Shown here: in pieces, positions 21,113-34,574 of the stretch
Layout of the letters: each line of letters begins with the position of its first letter
How positions within the stretch are numbered: position 1 is the stretch's first letter
Origin: a bacterium
GTDB lineage: Bacteria > Joyebacterota > Joyebacteria > Joyebacterales > Joyebacteraceae
NCBI GenBank assembly: GCA_025774245.1
Contig: JALGWI010000003.1
Location: 14,866 to 78,865 of the forward strand
Direction: 5' to 3'
Length of the DNA stretch: 64,000 bases
Program-made: the position numbers and the translations under genes
The notes under the pieces: model-generated
Told to the model about the DNA's origin: nothing
Seen by the model: the letters and a program-made list of their open reading frames with translations, nothing else
Databases searched by the model: none

Positions 21113-21807
21113 TACTCCGAGCTCTGTCCCTTCTTCGCCTCACCGGCTCCAGGCTCAGCGCCCTCCGACGCCCCCTCGGCCCCCTCGGCCTCCTCGCCCT
21201 CGACGACCTCCTCGCCCTCGACGACCTCCTCTTCCTCCTCCTGGTAGATCGTCGGCTGCAGGATCTCGATCACGGGACGGTCCTTGTTGTCGAGGATCTC
21301 CACGTTCGGGACTTCGATGTCTCCGACGTGGATCGAGTGCTTGACCTCGAGTTCCGAGACGTCGATCTCGATGCGCTCGGGGATGTCGGCGGGCAGACAC
21401 TTGACCTCGAGCTGACGCATGGTGTGATCGAGGATGCCACGCCCCTCGCGCACCGCCGGCGACTCGCCGATGACCGTCAGGGGGACGTGCATGATGACCG
21501 GCTTGTTTTCTGAGATCCGCTGAAGATCGACGTGCAGGATCTGCCGCGTCACCGGGTCGCGGTCCATCTCCCTGATGACCGCGCGGGTCGGCTGCTCCTG
21601 TCCGTCGACGGCCAGCTGGATGATCACGTTCCTGCCGACCGGCGTGGAAAGGGCGATCCTGAAGTCGTGCGCATCGATCGCGAGTGACACGCTCCCCTGC
21701 TGTTCCCCGTAGAGAACGGCGGGAATCAGTCCCTCCGCGCGGATGCGCTTCGTCCCCTGCTTCCCGGTTTCGGTCCTCGAGAGGACCTTGAGCTTCACAG
21801 TAGCCAT
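21112..21807 (-). CDS. rplY: 50S ribosomal protein L25 / general stress protein Ctc (long form)
   Basis: IPAVLYG, HVDLQR, P.DIPE.IE.D, acidic tail; ATG at 21807. Confidence 0.94.
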   Translation of the reverse strand: MATVKLKVLSRTETGKQGTKRIRAEGLIPAVLYGEQQGSVSLAIDAHDFRIALSTPVGRNVIIQLAVDGQEQPTRAVIREMDRDPVTRQILHVDLQRISENKPVIMHVPLTVIGESPAVREGRGILDHTMRQLEVKCLPADIPERIEIDVSELEVKHSIHVGDIEVPNVEILDNKDRPVIEILQPTIYQEEEEEVVEGEEVVEGEEAEGAEGASEGAEPGAGEAKKGQSSE

Positions 21808-21877
21808 GTGTCTGTCTCCGTGTCTCCTGGTGATGTCTCCCACGCGTGGCGTCGCGCGACAGGCGCCGCGCCCGCCC

Positions 21878-22810
21878 CTAGACGAAGAGCGAGCTGACGG
21901 ACTTCTCGCCGTGGATCCGGTCGATCGCCTCACCGAGAAGCTCCGCGACCGACAGCACCTTGATCCCCGACTCGGCAAGCCCGTCGTGGCTCAGGGTGTT
22001 CGTTATGACGATCTCCTCTATCGATGAACTCGCGAGCTTCTCGACGGCGCCTCCGGAGAAGAGCGCGTGCGTCGCGCCCGCGGTGATCTTCTTGGCTCCC
22101 AGCCTCTTGACGGCGGCGGCCGCCTCCATCATCGAGCTTGCGGTGTTGATGATGTCGTCGACCATGACGACGTGTTTCCCCTCGACCTCGCCGACCACGT
22201 TCATCACTTCGGTCGCGTCCGGCTTCGGCCGGCGCTTGTCGACGAATCCCAGTGACGCCCCGAGCCGCTTCGCGAACGCCCGGGCCATCTTGATGCTCCC
22301 TATGTCCGGCGCCATGACGACCATGTCGTCGGTCGAGTGCTGATCGAAGTACCGCAGCAGGACCGGCGCGGCGTAGATGTGATCCAGGGGAATGTCGAAG
22401 AAGCCCTGGATCTGCGGCGCGTGCAGGTCCATCGTGAGCACCCTGTCGGCTCCGGCCACCGTGAGCAGGTTTGCGACGAGCTTCGCGGTGATCGCGACGC
22501 GGGGCCTGTCCTTCCTGTCCTGCCTGGCGTATCCGAAGTACGGGACCACTGCCGTGATCCGATGTGCCGACGCCCGCTTGAGGGCGTCGATCATGATCAG
22601 GAGCTCGAGCAGGTTTTCCGCCGGCGGCGCGGTCGGCTGGATCACGAAGGCGTCGACACCGCGGACGTTCTCGGTGATGCTGATGCGGATCTCGCCGTCT
22701 GCGAACCTGCTGATGTCGGCTTCGCCGAGCCTCATTTCGAGATAGGTGGCGATCTCTTCTGCGAGCGCACGGTTCGCGTTCCCGCTGAACAGCCCTAGCT
22801 CGTTTGGCAT
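21878..22810 (-). CDS. prs: Ribose-phosphate pyrophosphokinase
   Basis: FADGE, PYFGYARQDRK, MDLHAPQIQGFF, VDDIINT. Confidence 0.97.
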   Translation of the reverse strand: MPNELGLFSGNANRALAEEIATYLEMRLGEADISRFADGEIRISITENVRGVDAFVIQPTAPPAENLLELLIMIDALKRASAHRITAVVPYFGYARQDRKDRPRVAITAKLVANLLTVAGADRVLTMDLHAPQIQGFFDIPLDHIYAAPVLLRYFDQHSTDDMVVMAPDIGSIKMARAFAKRLGASLGFVDKRRPKPDATEVMNVVGEVEGKHVVMVDDIINTASSMMEAAAAVKRLGAKKITAGATHALFSGGAVEKLASSSIEEIVITNTLSHDGLAESGIKVLSVAELLGEAIDRIHGEKSVSSLFV

Positions 22811-22874
22811 CGGTTGTCTCCCCTGTCGTGGCCGTGACCATGCCGCAATAGCTTCACCGCCCCAGCAGACTGGC

Positions 22875-22948
22875 TGGCTGGGGCGGGAGGATTCGAACCT
22901 CCGATGCGGGATCCAAAGTCCCGTGTCTTGCCACTAGACGACGCCCCA
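22875..22948 (-). tRNA. tRNA-Gln (anticodon TTG)
   Basis: tggggcgtcgtctagtggcaagacacgggac-t-ttg-gatcccg...ggttcgaatcc...ccagcca; U1:A72 pair, encoded CCA. Confidence 0.95.
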
Positions 22949-22960
22949 GCGACCTCCTCC

Positions 22961-23293
22961 CTAGTCGCAGACCTCGTCGACTGAAACCAGTTCGTGGTCG
23001 GACAGCGGCCGCGTCTCTGCGCCAGCATCAGTGCCCTCCAGGGCGAGTTGGCGTTGGTACTCGGCGAGCACCGCCCCCTCTATCATCTCCCTGGTCTCGT
23101 TGTTGATGGGATGAGCTATGTCGCGGAATTCACCGTCCTTCCTTCGGCGGCTCGGCATTGCTACGAAGAGATCCGAGTTGCCCTCGATGACCTTGAGGCC
23201 CCTCACCACGAAAGCGTTGTCGAACGTGATGCTAACAAAAGCCTTGAGCCTGTCTTCGTGACGCAGCGTCAGCCTGACCTCAGTGATCTCCAT
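22961..23293 (-). CDS. spoVG: SpoVG family nucleic-acid-binding protein
   Basis: MEITEVR...LKAF.SITFD..FVV.GLKVI.G...LFVAMPSR...F.DIAHPIN. Confidence 0.95.
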   Translation of the reverse strand: MEITEVRLTLRHEDRLKAFVSITFDNAFVVRGLKVIEGNSDLFVAMPSRRRKDGEFRDIAHPINNETREMIEGAVLAEYQRQLALEGTDAGAETRPLSDHELVSVDEVCD

Positions 23294-23324
23294 CGTGTCA
23301 CCGCCCTTTGCCTGGATAAAGGGA

Positions 23325-24257
23325 CTAGATCTGCTCCGGGTTCCGCTGCACGTCTCGCGCGTCCTGAGGCGGACGCTCCTTTGTCACGATCCTGCACCCG
23401 GTGTCGATCGGCTCTGCGATATGTACCTGCCATTCGCGCCCTTGAAGCTCAGACGCGATCTTTGCCGCTTCCTCCCCTGTCGTCGTCAATCCCAGGACGG
23501 TCGGACCGCTCCCGCACATGAGAGCCGCGAGGACACCCAGCTCACTCAGCCGGTTCCTGACGCGTCCGACCTCCGGGTACGCCAACACGACACCAGCCTC
23601 CAGATCGTTCCTGAGGGCCCGAACGAGCGCCTCGGAATCGCCATTCTGGATAGCTGAACAATTGAGTCTAGTGAACCCTTCCCGACCTGTCAACCGGATT
23701 CTCGACTTCCGGTACGCCTCGGCAGCCGATACCTCGAACGGCGGGGTCACGAGGACGAACCAGAGGCCCGAAAGGGCCGGGAGCGGGTCGAGGATCTCCC
23801 CCCTGCCGCGGCCGCGGCTGGTGCCGCCCCGGATCAGGAACGGGACGTCGGAACCGATGTCGAGGGCGAGCGCCTCCAGATCGCTCAGGGCGAGCCCGAG
23901 CGCGAAAAGCTCGTTCATGCCCGCGAGAACCGCTGCCGCATCCGCGCTCCCGCCCCCGAGGCCGGCGCCGACGGGGATGCGCTTCGTGAGGTGGATCGAG
24001 GGAGCCGGGCATCCCTTCCTCTCCCTGAGAAGATCGGCCGCGCGGACAGCGAGATTCCTGGCGTCGGTCGGGACCGGGTGGCCGGCGGCGGTGAGGACGA
24101 CCGACGCCAGGGCCGTACCCGAATCGAGAACGACCGTGTCCGAGAGGGACACGGTCTGGAAGATCGTATCGATGTCGTGAAAGCCGTCCGGTCTCTTCGC
24201 GACGACCTCGAGGCCGAGGTTGACCTTCGCGTGGGCCTCGATCGTCACCGTGGCCAT
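23325..24257 (-). CDS. ispE: 4-(cytidine 5'-diphospho)-2-C-methyl-D-erythritol kinase
   Basis: AKVNLGL.V...[34 protein letters not shown]; start ATG 24257. Confidence 0.95.
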   Translation of the reverse strand: MATVTIEAHAKVNLGLEVVAKRPDGFHDIDTIFQTVSLSDTVVLDSGTALASVVLTAAGHPVPTDARNLAVRAADLLRERKGCPAPSIHLTKRIPVGAGLGGGSADAAAVLAGMNELFALGLALSDLEALALDIGSDVPFLIRGGTSRGRGRGEILDPLPALSGLWFVLVTPPFEVSAAEAYRKSRIRLTGREGFTRLNCSAIQNGDSEALVRALRNDLEAGVVLAYPEVGRVRNRLSELGVLAALMCGSGPTVLGLTTTGEEAAKIASELQGREWQVHIAEPIDTGCRIVTKERPPQDARDVQRNPEQI

Positions 24258-24298
24258 CTCGGGTGTCGCCTCCCTCCTGACGCAGCGGTCCCGGCGCG

Positions 24299-25195
24299 CT
24301 AGACGTAGATCACGACGGCGACCACGGCGATCCAGAGCACGATGTTGACGGCGAGCGGCGTGTCGGTCACGAGCGCCCGGGACGGCTTGCCGCCGCCCGC
24401 GTCGGTCGTGTACATGAGGTAGAGGTACCTGAGCACCCCGTACACGACGAACGGGACCGTGTAGACCAGGTTCGCGCTCCCGACCTTGTCGACCGTGCCT
24501 GGCCAGATCGTGTAGATCGCGTACGATACGACGGTCGACGCCGTCACGACGCCGATCAGGGAATCGATGAGCGCCGGCGGGTACGCGCTGAGCGTGGGGC
24601 GGTGCCCGGCCGCCGCGCTTCCGAGCAGCATCACCTCGTGGCGTCGCTTCGCGAGCGCGAGGAAGAGGGCCAGGAAGAAGGTGCACACGAGGAGCCACGG
24701 CGAGAGCTCCGTTCCCGGCGCGGGTCCGCGCAGCACCTCGACGCTGCCGACCGCGCGCAGCACGAAGCCGATGGCGATCGACATGACGTCGAGAATCACC
24801 ATCTTGCGGAGCGCCAGGCTGTAGAGGACGTTCAGCCCGAGGTACGCCGCCGCGGAGTGTCCGAACGACGGGTGGATCGAGTAGGCCCACACGAGCGCGC
24901 CCGTCGCCATGACGAGTCCGGCGGCCGCGGCCACGCCGACGGCAAGCTCGCCGGACGCGAGCGGCCTCAAGCGCTTCTCCGGATGCTCGCGGTCCCGCCT
25001 CATGTCGGCGAGGTCGTTCAGGATGTAGCTCGCGCTCGACAGCAGGCAGAAGACGAGGAACCCGGAGAGCGAAAGCCGCATGAGCTCGGCGTTCCCGAGC
25101 CCTCCGGCGAAGAGCAGCCCGGCGAAGAGGACGAGGTTCTTCGTCCACTGGTCCGGGCGCATCGTCGCGAGAAGATTGCGTAGCATACTGGTCAT
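24299..25195 (-). CDS. UbiA-family prenyltransferase, decaprenyl-phosphate phosphoribosyltransferase-like
   Basis: RP.QWTKN, SSA.Y.LND..D...DR.HP.KR.RPLASG, KRR.E; multi-TM. Confidence 0.85.
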   Translation of the reverse strand: MTSMLRNLLATMRPDQWTKNLVLFAGLLFAGGLGNAELMRLSLSGFLVFCLLSSASYILNDLADMRRDREHPEKRLRPLASGELAVGVAAAAGLVMATGALVWAYSIHPSFGHSAAAYLGLNVLYSLALRKMVILDVMSIAIGFVLRAVGSVEVLRGPAPGTELSPWLLVCTFFLALFLALAKRRHEVMLLGSAAAGHRPTLSAYPPALIDSLIGVVTASTVVSYAIYTIWPGTVDKVGSANLVYTVPFVVYGVLRYLYLMYTTDAGGGKPSRALVTDTPLAVNIVLWIAVVAVVIYV

Positions 25196-25204
25196 CTCCT
25201 GCTT

Positions 25205-25864
25205 CTACGGGACGCGTCGCTCGCCGTGGTTCGTCAGGATGTCGCGTACCTTCGTTACGATGAGATCGACGGCCACGACGTTCAGGCCGCCCTCGGGGAT
25301 GATGACGTCTGCGTACCGCTTGCTCGGTTCGACGAACTGGAGGTGCATCGGGCGCACCGTCTGGAGGTACTGCTCGATGACCTGGTCGACGTTCCTCCCC
25401 CGCTGTCCGATGTCGCGCTTGAGCCTCCGGATGAAGCGCTCGTCTGCGTCGGTGTCCACGAAGAGCCTGATGTTCATGATCTTCCGGAGCTCGGTCTCGG
25501 CCAGGACCATGATCCCCTCGAGAAGGATGATCCGAGCGGGGCGCACCGTGATCGTCTCCTCGAGCCTCGTGTGTGTCTCGAAGTCGTAGATGGGCTTCTC
25601 GATCGCGCGCCCCGACTTGAGGTCGTTCAGATGAGCGATGAGGAGCCGGTTGTCGAACGAGTCGGGGTGGTCGTAATTGATCCGCTCGCGTTCGGCAGGC
25701 GTGAGGCCGCTCCGGTCGACGTAGTACGAGTCGTGGTGCATGATGACGACGCTCTCCTGAGGGAAGTGCTTGAGCACCTCCTTCGCGACGGTGGTCTTTC
25801 CCGACCCCGTGCCCCCGCCGATTCCCATGATGATCGGGTCCACGTTCGTGTCTCCTCCCGTCAC
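25205..25864 (-). CDS. udk: Uridine kinase
   Basis: GGGTGSGKTT, DSYY, NYDHP, RR.KRD..RGR, FVEPSKRYAD.IIP. Confidence 0.95.
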   Translation of the reverse strand: MTGGDTNVDPIIMGIGGGTGSGKTTVAKEVLKHFPQESVVIMHHDSYYVDRSGLTPAERERINYDHPDSFDNRLLIAHLNDLKSGRAIEKPIYDFETHTRLEETITVRPARIILLEGIMVLAETELRKIMNIRLFVDTDADERFIRRLKRDIGQRGRNVDQVIEQYLQTVRPMHLQFVEPSKRYADVIIPEGGLNVVAVDLIVTKVRDILTNHGERRVP

Positions 25865-26454
25865 TCGCCGAAGAGGTCTCTCTCGACCACCTCGCAGATG
25901 GCGTGGCCGATCGCTATGTGCACCTCCTGGACTCGCTGGGTCTCGCTGATCGGCGCCCGGATCGCGACGTCGCAGAGCGCGGCCATCGGACCGCCGCCCT
26001 CTCCCATGAGCCCTATCGTTGCGACGCCCCTGCTCCGCGCCTCCTCGAGCGCCCTCACGATGTTCGCCGACGACCCGCTGGTCGAGATCCCGACCAGAAC
26101 GTCGCCCGGAACACCGAGCGCGTCGACCTGCCTGGCGAACACCATCTCGTAGCCGTAGTCGTTCGAGACCGCCGTCAGGACCGACGGGTTGACCGTCAGT
26201 GCGAGCGCCGGCAGCCCCCTCCGGTCCTTCTTGAGCCTGCCGGCCAGTTCCGCCGCGAGGTGCATGGCGTCGGCGGCGCTCCCTCCGTTTCCGCAGAGGA
26301 GCACCTTCCCGCCTTTTCTCAGCGTCTCGGTGACGATCGCGGCCGCCCTGGCCACGTCTGCCGGGAGCGTCTCGGCCGCGCGCTCGAGCGCGGCGGCCGA
26401 CGCGCGGAAGATCTGCTCGATGGTCGCGACAGCGTCAGGGTTCGTGTTCGACAT
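25861..26454 (-). CDS. gmhA: D-sedoheptulose 7-phosphate isomerase
   Basis: CGNGGSAADA.H, NDYGYE.VFARQ, ISTSG.S.N, QEVH. Confidence 0.93.
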   Translation of the reverse strand: MSNTNPDAVATIEQIFRASAAALERAAETLPADVARAAAIVTETLRKGGKVLLCGNGGSAADAMHLAAELAGRLKKDRRGLPALALTVNPSVLTAVSNDYGYEMVFARQVDALGVPGDVLVGISTSGSSANIVRALEEARSRGVATIGLMGEGGGPMAALCDVAIRAPISETQRVQEVHIAIGHAICEVVERDLFGE

Positions 26455-26487
26455 CTCTCCTACCTTTCGGGTGGCAGCGCCCGCCCA

Positions 26488-27330
26488 TCACCTTTCGGAG
26501 ACGTACTCGACCAGGGCCTCGCGCCACGGCCGCGGTTCCCATCCGAGGAGCGACGCCAGTCGCCTGAGATCGAGGAGCGAGTTCGCGGGTCTCCGTGCCG
26601 GCCTCGGGAACGCGTCGCTTCCGACGGGCAGGACGTTCACGTTCCCGCGTCCCGCCGCCTCCAGGATCGCCCGCGCGAATCCGAACCACGTGGAGCTTCC
26701 CGAGTTCGTAGCGTGGACGATGCCGGTCGCATCGCCCCGGACGAGGTCCTTGATGATGAGCGCCAGGTCGCGCGCGTTCGTCGGCGCGCCGGCCTGATCG
26801 ACGACGATCCTCAAGGTCTCCTCCGTCTCCGAGAGCGCGAGGATCGTCTCCACGAAGTTCTTCCCGGCGTGGCCGTAGAGCCACGAGGTTCGGACGATCA
26901 GGTGCGCAGCTCCCGACTCCCCCACCTCCCGCTCCCCGGCGAGCTTCGACTCGCCGTAGACATTGAGCGGGGCTGTTCTGTCGTCCTCGAGATAGGGCTC
27001 GTTCTTCGTTCCGTCGAAGACGTAGTCGGTGCTCATGTGCAGGACGCGGGCGCCCGCCCGCGCGGCCCCGCGCGCGACGTTCCCCGCCCCCGGCCCGTTG
27101 ACCGCGAGCGCAAGGTCGGGCGCAGACTCCGCGCCGTCGACGTTGGTGTATGCGGCGCAGTTCACGACGGCGTCCGGCCCGACCTCGGCGATGGCGGCGG
27201 CCGTCGCTTCGGCGTCGGTCACGTCGAAGTCGCTGATGTCGACGCCGACCACGTCCGCGTTGGCTCGCAGCGCGTCGACCACCTCCGTGCCGAGCATCCC
27301 GAGGGCGCCGGTCACGAGGATCCTCTTCAT
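26488..27330 (-). CDS. rfbD: dTDP-4-dehydrorhamnose reductase
   Basis: TGA.GMLG, NCAAYT.VD, STDYVFDG, YG.SK, RP.NS.LD. Confidence 0.94.
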   Translation of the reverse strand: MKRILVTGALGMLGTEVVDALRANADVVGVDISDFDVTDAEATAAAIAEVGPDAVVNCAAYTNVDGAESAPDLALAVNGPGAGNVARGAARAGARVLHMSTDYVFDGTKNEPYLEDDRTAPLNVYGESKLAGEREVGESGAAHLIVRTSWLYGHAGKNFVETILALSETEETLRIVVDQAGAPTNARDLALIIKDLVRGDATGIVHATNSGSSTWFGFARAILEAAGRGNVNVLPVGSDAFPRPARRPANSLLDLRRLASLLGWEPRPWREALVEYVSER

Positions 27331-27355
27331 CGCACCCCCGTCCTTGAGAACGGCG

Positions 27356-28429
27356 TCAGGGAACCTCGATGCGGCTCGCGTCGCCGAGCATGAACCGGTA
27401 CGCCTTCGGCATCGTCGCGCTCTTCTTGATCTCCACGTCCTTCCCGACGAGGCTGCGTTCCATGCGGGCCCCGAGGTTGACGATCGTCGAGCGCTCCAGG
27501 ATGATGCTGTGCTCGATCTCCGCGTTCTGGACCGTCACCTCGTAGTAGATCGACGTGAACGGACCGATGTAAGACTTCACGATCCTGCTCCCGCGCCCGA
27601 TCACGAGCGGACCGCGCAGAACGCTCCCCTCGATGACGGCGTCCTCCTCGATCACGACGTTCCCGTCGATGCGGCAGGACGGGTCGACCGAGCCCCTGAT
27701 GTCCCGGTCGACCGTCTCGAGGATCATCCGGTTCGCTTCGAGGATGTCGTCGAGCTTGCCGGTGTCCTTCCACCAGCCGGTCACCTCGTGCGCCCGGACG
27801 TCCTTGTCGGTGTCGATCAGGCGCTGGATGGCGTCGGTGATCTCGAGCTCACTCCGCCGGGACGGCTCGATGCTGCGCGTCGCCTCGAAGATCTCCGCGT
27901 CGAACATGTAGACGCCCACCAGGGCGAGGTTCGACTTCGGATGCTCGGGCTTCTCCTCGAGCCTGGCGACGCGTCCCTCGGAGAGCTCCGCGACGCCGAA
28001 GTCGGACGGGTTGTCGACCCGGGCGAGGAGGATCTGGGCGTTCGGCTTGTTCTTCTGGAACTCGGCGACGAAGTCGGATATCCCGCCGGTGATCAGATTG
28101 TCTCCGAGGTACATGACGAACGGCTCCTTGCCCATGTACTCCTCGGAGATCGCGACGGCGTGCGCGAGCCCGCGCGGCTCGTCCTGCCGGATGTAGGTCA
28201 CCTTGAGTCCGAACGACGCGCCGTCGCCGACGGCGGCCTCGATCTCCCTGCGCGTGTCGCCGACGATGATGCCGACGTCGACGATGCCCGCGTCCCTGAT
28301 CGCCTCCAGGCCGTAGAAGAGGATCGGCTTGTTCGCGATCGGCACGAGCTGCTTCGCGCTCGTGTGCGTGATGGGACGGAGCCTCGTTCCTTTGCCGCCC
28401 GCCAGTACGAGAGCCTTGATGCGTATCAC
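27356..28429 (-). CDS. rfbA: Glucose-1-phosphate thymidylyltransferase, long form with hexapeptide C-terminus
   Basis: LAGG.GTRLRP.T.T.AKQLVP.ANKP, YLGDN, EKP, ELEITDA, WWKDTG. Confidence 0.92.
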   Translation of the reverse strand: MIRIKALVLAGGKGTRLRPITHTSAKQLVPIANKPILFYGLEAIRDAGIVDVGIIVGDTRREIEAAVGDGASFGLKVTYIRQDEPRGLAHAVAISEEYMGKEPFVMYLGDNLITGGISDFVAEFQKNKPNAQILLARVDNPSDFGVAELSEGRVARLEEKPEHPKSNLALVGVYMFDAEIFEATRSIEPSRRSELEITDAIQRLIDTDKDVRAHEVTGWWKDTGKLDDILEANRMILETVDRDIRGSVDPSCRIDGNVVIEEDAVIEGSVLRGPLVIGRGSRIVKSYIGPFTSIYYEVTVQNAEIEHSIILERSTIVNLGARMERSLVGKDVEIKKSATMPKAYRFMLGDASRIEVP

Positions 28430-28481
28430 CTGCCTTTCAGCCGCGCGGCCGGCGCTCGACGCCGCGTTCCGCTCGTCCGGT

Positions 28482-29240
28482 TCAGGATCCGTGCACGGCG
28501 GCAGCGATCGCCCTCGCGAGCCCGGCGTCGCCGGTCCGCTCGATGATCTCGCCGGTCACGACGAGGCTGGCCCCCGCCGCCACGAGGTTCTCCGCCTGCT
28601 CGGCCGTGCGGATCCCTCCGCCGACCATCACGGGGATGTCGATGTATCCGGTGACCGCCGAGACGATCTCGGCCGGCACCGGCTGATCGGCGCCGCTCCC
28701 CGCGTCGAAGAACGCGATCTTCATTCCGAGGTACTGCCCGGCGAGGGCGTGCGCCATCGCGATGTCGGGCTTGTTCCTCGGGAGCGGCCGCGTCGCGCTC
28801 ATGAACTCGACCGACGTCGTCCGGCCGCCTTCGACGAGCATGTAGGCCGTCGGGATCGGCTCGAGGCCCGACTGCTTCAGGAGCGGCGCGCCGATCACGT
28901 GCTCGCCGATCAGGAACTGCGGGTTCCTCCCGCTCACGAGCGAGAGGAAGAGGATCGCGTCCGCCTCCGGCGCCACGAATCCGGCGTTGCCCGGGAAGAT
29001 GACGACCGGGAGATCGACCTCGCGCTTGATCGCGGCGATCGTCTCGGACGAACGCCGCGTGAGCGAGAGGCTGCCGCCGACGAGAAGCACGTCGGCCCCC
29101 GCCTCGGCGGCGAGCATGGCCAGGCGCACGTTCTCGTCCGGGCCGAGCCGGTCGGGATCGAGAAGGACGAGGTAGAGCGCCCCCTTCTTCTCGATCGCGC
29201 CCGTGATCGAACGCAGGACGGGTCCCGGCGGAACGGTCAC
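28482..29240 (-). CDS. Geranylgeranylglyceryl/heptaprenylglyceryl phosphate synthase, group II
   Basis: LLDPD, VGGS, FPG, LSL.SGRNP..LIG, PTAY.L.EGG, LGMK..FDAGSG, VGGGIR, VVTG. Confidence 0.9.
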   Translation of the reverse strand: MTVPPGPVLRSITGAIEKKGALYLVLLDPDRLGPDENVRLAMLAAEAGADVLLVGGSLSLTRRSSETIAAIKREVDLPVVIFPGNAGFVAPEADAILFLSLVSGRNPQFLIGEHVIGAPLLKQSGLEPIPTAYMLVEGGRTTSVEFMSATRPLPRNKPDIAMAHALAGQYLGMKIAFFDAGSGADQPVPAEIVSAVTGYIDIPVMVGGGIRTAEQAENLVAAGASLVVTGEIIERTGDAGLARAIAAAVHGS

Positions 29241-29264
29241 CGGCGGCCTCCCTTCTCTCTCACC

Positions 29265-31941
<2,677 letters not shown>

Positions 31942-31955
<14 letters not shown>

Positions 31956-32601
31956 CTGCCCCTCCGTCTCGGTTCTCCATCCGCTCCCTCACGACGGCAG
32001 CCACCACCTCGTGGCTGAAACCCCTCCGAACGAGATAGGCGAAGAGCTTCGCCCGCTCCCTGTCCGGCAGCCCGCCTTCGTGTTTGCGGGTCTTCTTCAG
32101 CGACGCCCGGCGTGCCAGCTCGATCTCCGGGTTCTCCTCGTACGTCTCGTCGAGGATCCTCGTCGTGACCGCCTGGTCGACGCCCTTCGCGCGGAGCTCC
32201 TGTCTGAGGAGCATCGGTCCGACGGGCCTCAGCCGCACCCGCTCCCCGGCCCAGAGCCTGGCGAACGCCTCGTCGTCCACGAGCCCCACCACCTCGAGAT
32301 CGGCGACGACCTCCTCCGACAGGGTCGTGTCGAACCCGCTTCTCCGGAGCCGGTCGAGGAGCTCGCGCCGGCTCCGTGCGCGGACGGTCAGAAGGCCCAG
32401 GGCCTTCTCCTTCGCCTTCGCGCGCTCCGAGTCGGCTTCGATGCGCTCGACCTGGTCCTGGGCGAGCTCGACACCGACCTCGAGACCCAGGCGCGCGGCG
32501 ATCTCCTCGGAGACCGTGAACGCCGGGCGACCGTCTACGAAGACGGCCAGGCGAGATGAGCCCTCCCTGGCCTTCTGGATGGCCGTGATCCTGCCGCTCA
32601 C
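31942..32601 (-). CDS. recX: Regulatory protein RecX
   Basis: AL.LL..RARS..EL..RL, GLVDD..FA, L..KGV, YL.RRGF; directly downstream of recA. Confidence 0.9.
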
Positions 32602-32677
32602 CGCTTCCTCGCTCGCGCTCCCGTCCCGGCTCCGGCTCTCTGCTGCCCGCCGTGGTGCCGGGACTCTTCCTCCGGCG

Positions 32678-33811
<1,134 letters not shown>

Positions 33812-33914
33812 CTTTCCCTCCGCTGTCGGGCTTCGGTTTCCGATTCCGTCCGGGGTCTCTTCGAAAGCAGCCGGCACCCGCGTCTCGGGGGCCCGGTGCT
33901 CACTCTTCGGGGGA

Positions 33915-34556
33915 TCAGGGGCCGTCGCCGGGGGGCGCCTGGCCGGCAGGCGCCTCACCAGGGGACGTTTCTCCGGAGGGCGTCTCTTCCGGGGCCGCCT
34001 CGCCCAGGGGCACGGCCGCTATCAGCTCGTGGAGCGCTCCGCCGGGCGCGAGCGTGCTCCTCATGACACGCACCTCACGCACCTCGACAATCTCCTCCGG
34101 CGCGGCGAGCCCGTCGAGGACGTCCTCGATGTCCCCTCCGCCCCGCGGGTCCCTGATGCGGCCGATCGTGATGTGGGGGCTGAATCTCCGCCGCTCCCTC
34201 GGGAATCCCAGGGGCTTGAGTTCGCGCTCGACGGCCGCGGCGATGTCCCAGAGCTCCTGGATCGGCTCCGCGCCGACCCAGACCACCCTGGCGCGCCGCG
34301 GCGACGGGAAGGCCCCGAGCGACCGGCTGGCGAAGGAGAACGGCGGAACCTCGCGCGCCGCCGCCCCGACGGCCTCGATCACGTCCTGGACCACGTCCTC
34401 CTCGACGTCACCCAGGAACTTGAGGGTCAGGTGCAGCGTCGCGTCCCGCGACCAGCTCGCCTTGAGGCCGCGCCGGCGCATTTCCTCGATGAGGTCGAGT
34501 ATGCCTGCTTTGAGCGGGCGCGACAACTCCAAAGCTACGAAGATCCTGAGGGCCAC
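33915..34556 (-). CDS. thpR: RNA 2',3'-cyclic phosphodiesterase (2'-5' RNA ligase family)
   Basis: Two HxT motifs ([15 protein letters not shown]); cinA-thpR-recA synteny. Confidence 0.92.
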   Translation of the reverse strand: MALRIFVALELSRPLKAGILDLIEEMRRRGLKASWSRDATLHLTLKFLGDVEEDVVQDVIEAVGAAAREVPPFSFASRSLGAFPSPRRARVVWVGAEPIQELWDIAAAVERELKPLGFPRERRRFSPHITIGRIRDPRGGGDIEDVLDGLAAPEEIVEVREVRVMRSTLAPGGALHELIAAVPLGEAAPEETPSGETSPGEAPAGQAPPGDGP

Positions 34557-34574
34557 GTCCGTTCCTCCCGCCGG

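Noticed and set aside
23325-25148. 607-aa ispE and other long N-terminal extensions in the ORF track (recA, glnA, YhaN-like, rplY, ftsY)
   Set aside because: Extensions overlap upstream genes or promoters; downstream starts with an RBS match the family N-termini
24299-25195. UbiA-family gene as a DGGGP synthase partner of the GGGP synthase
   Set aside because: Motifs (RPxQWxKN, HPxKxxRPxASG, KRRxE) fit the decaprenyl-phosphate phosphoribosyltransferase subfamily better; a phylogeny would settle it
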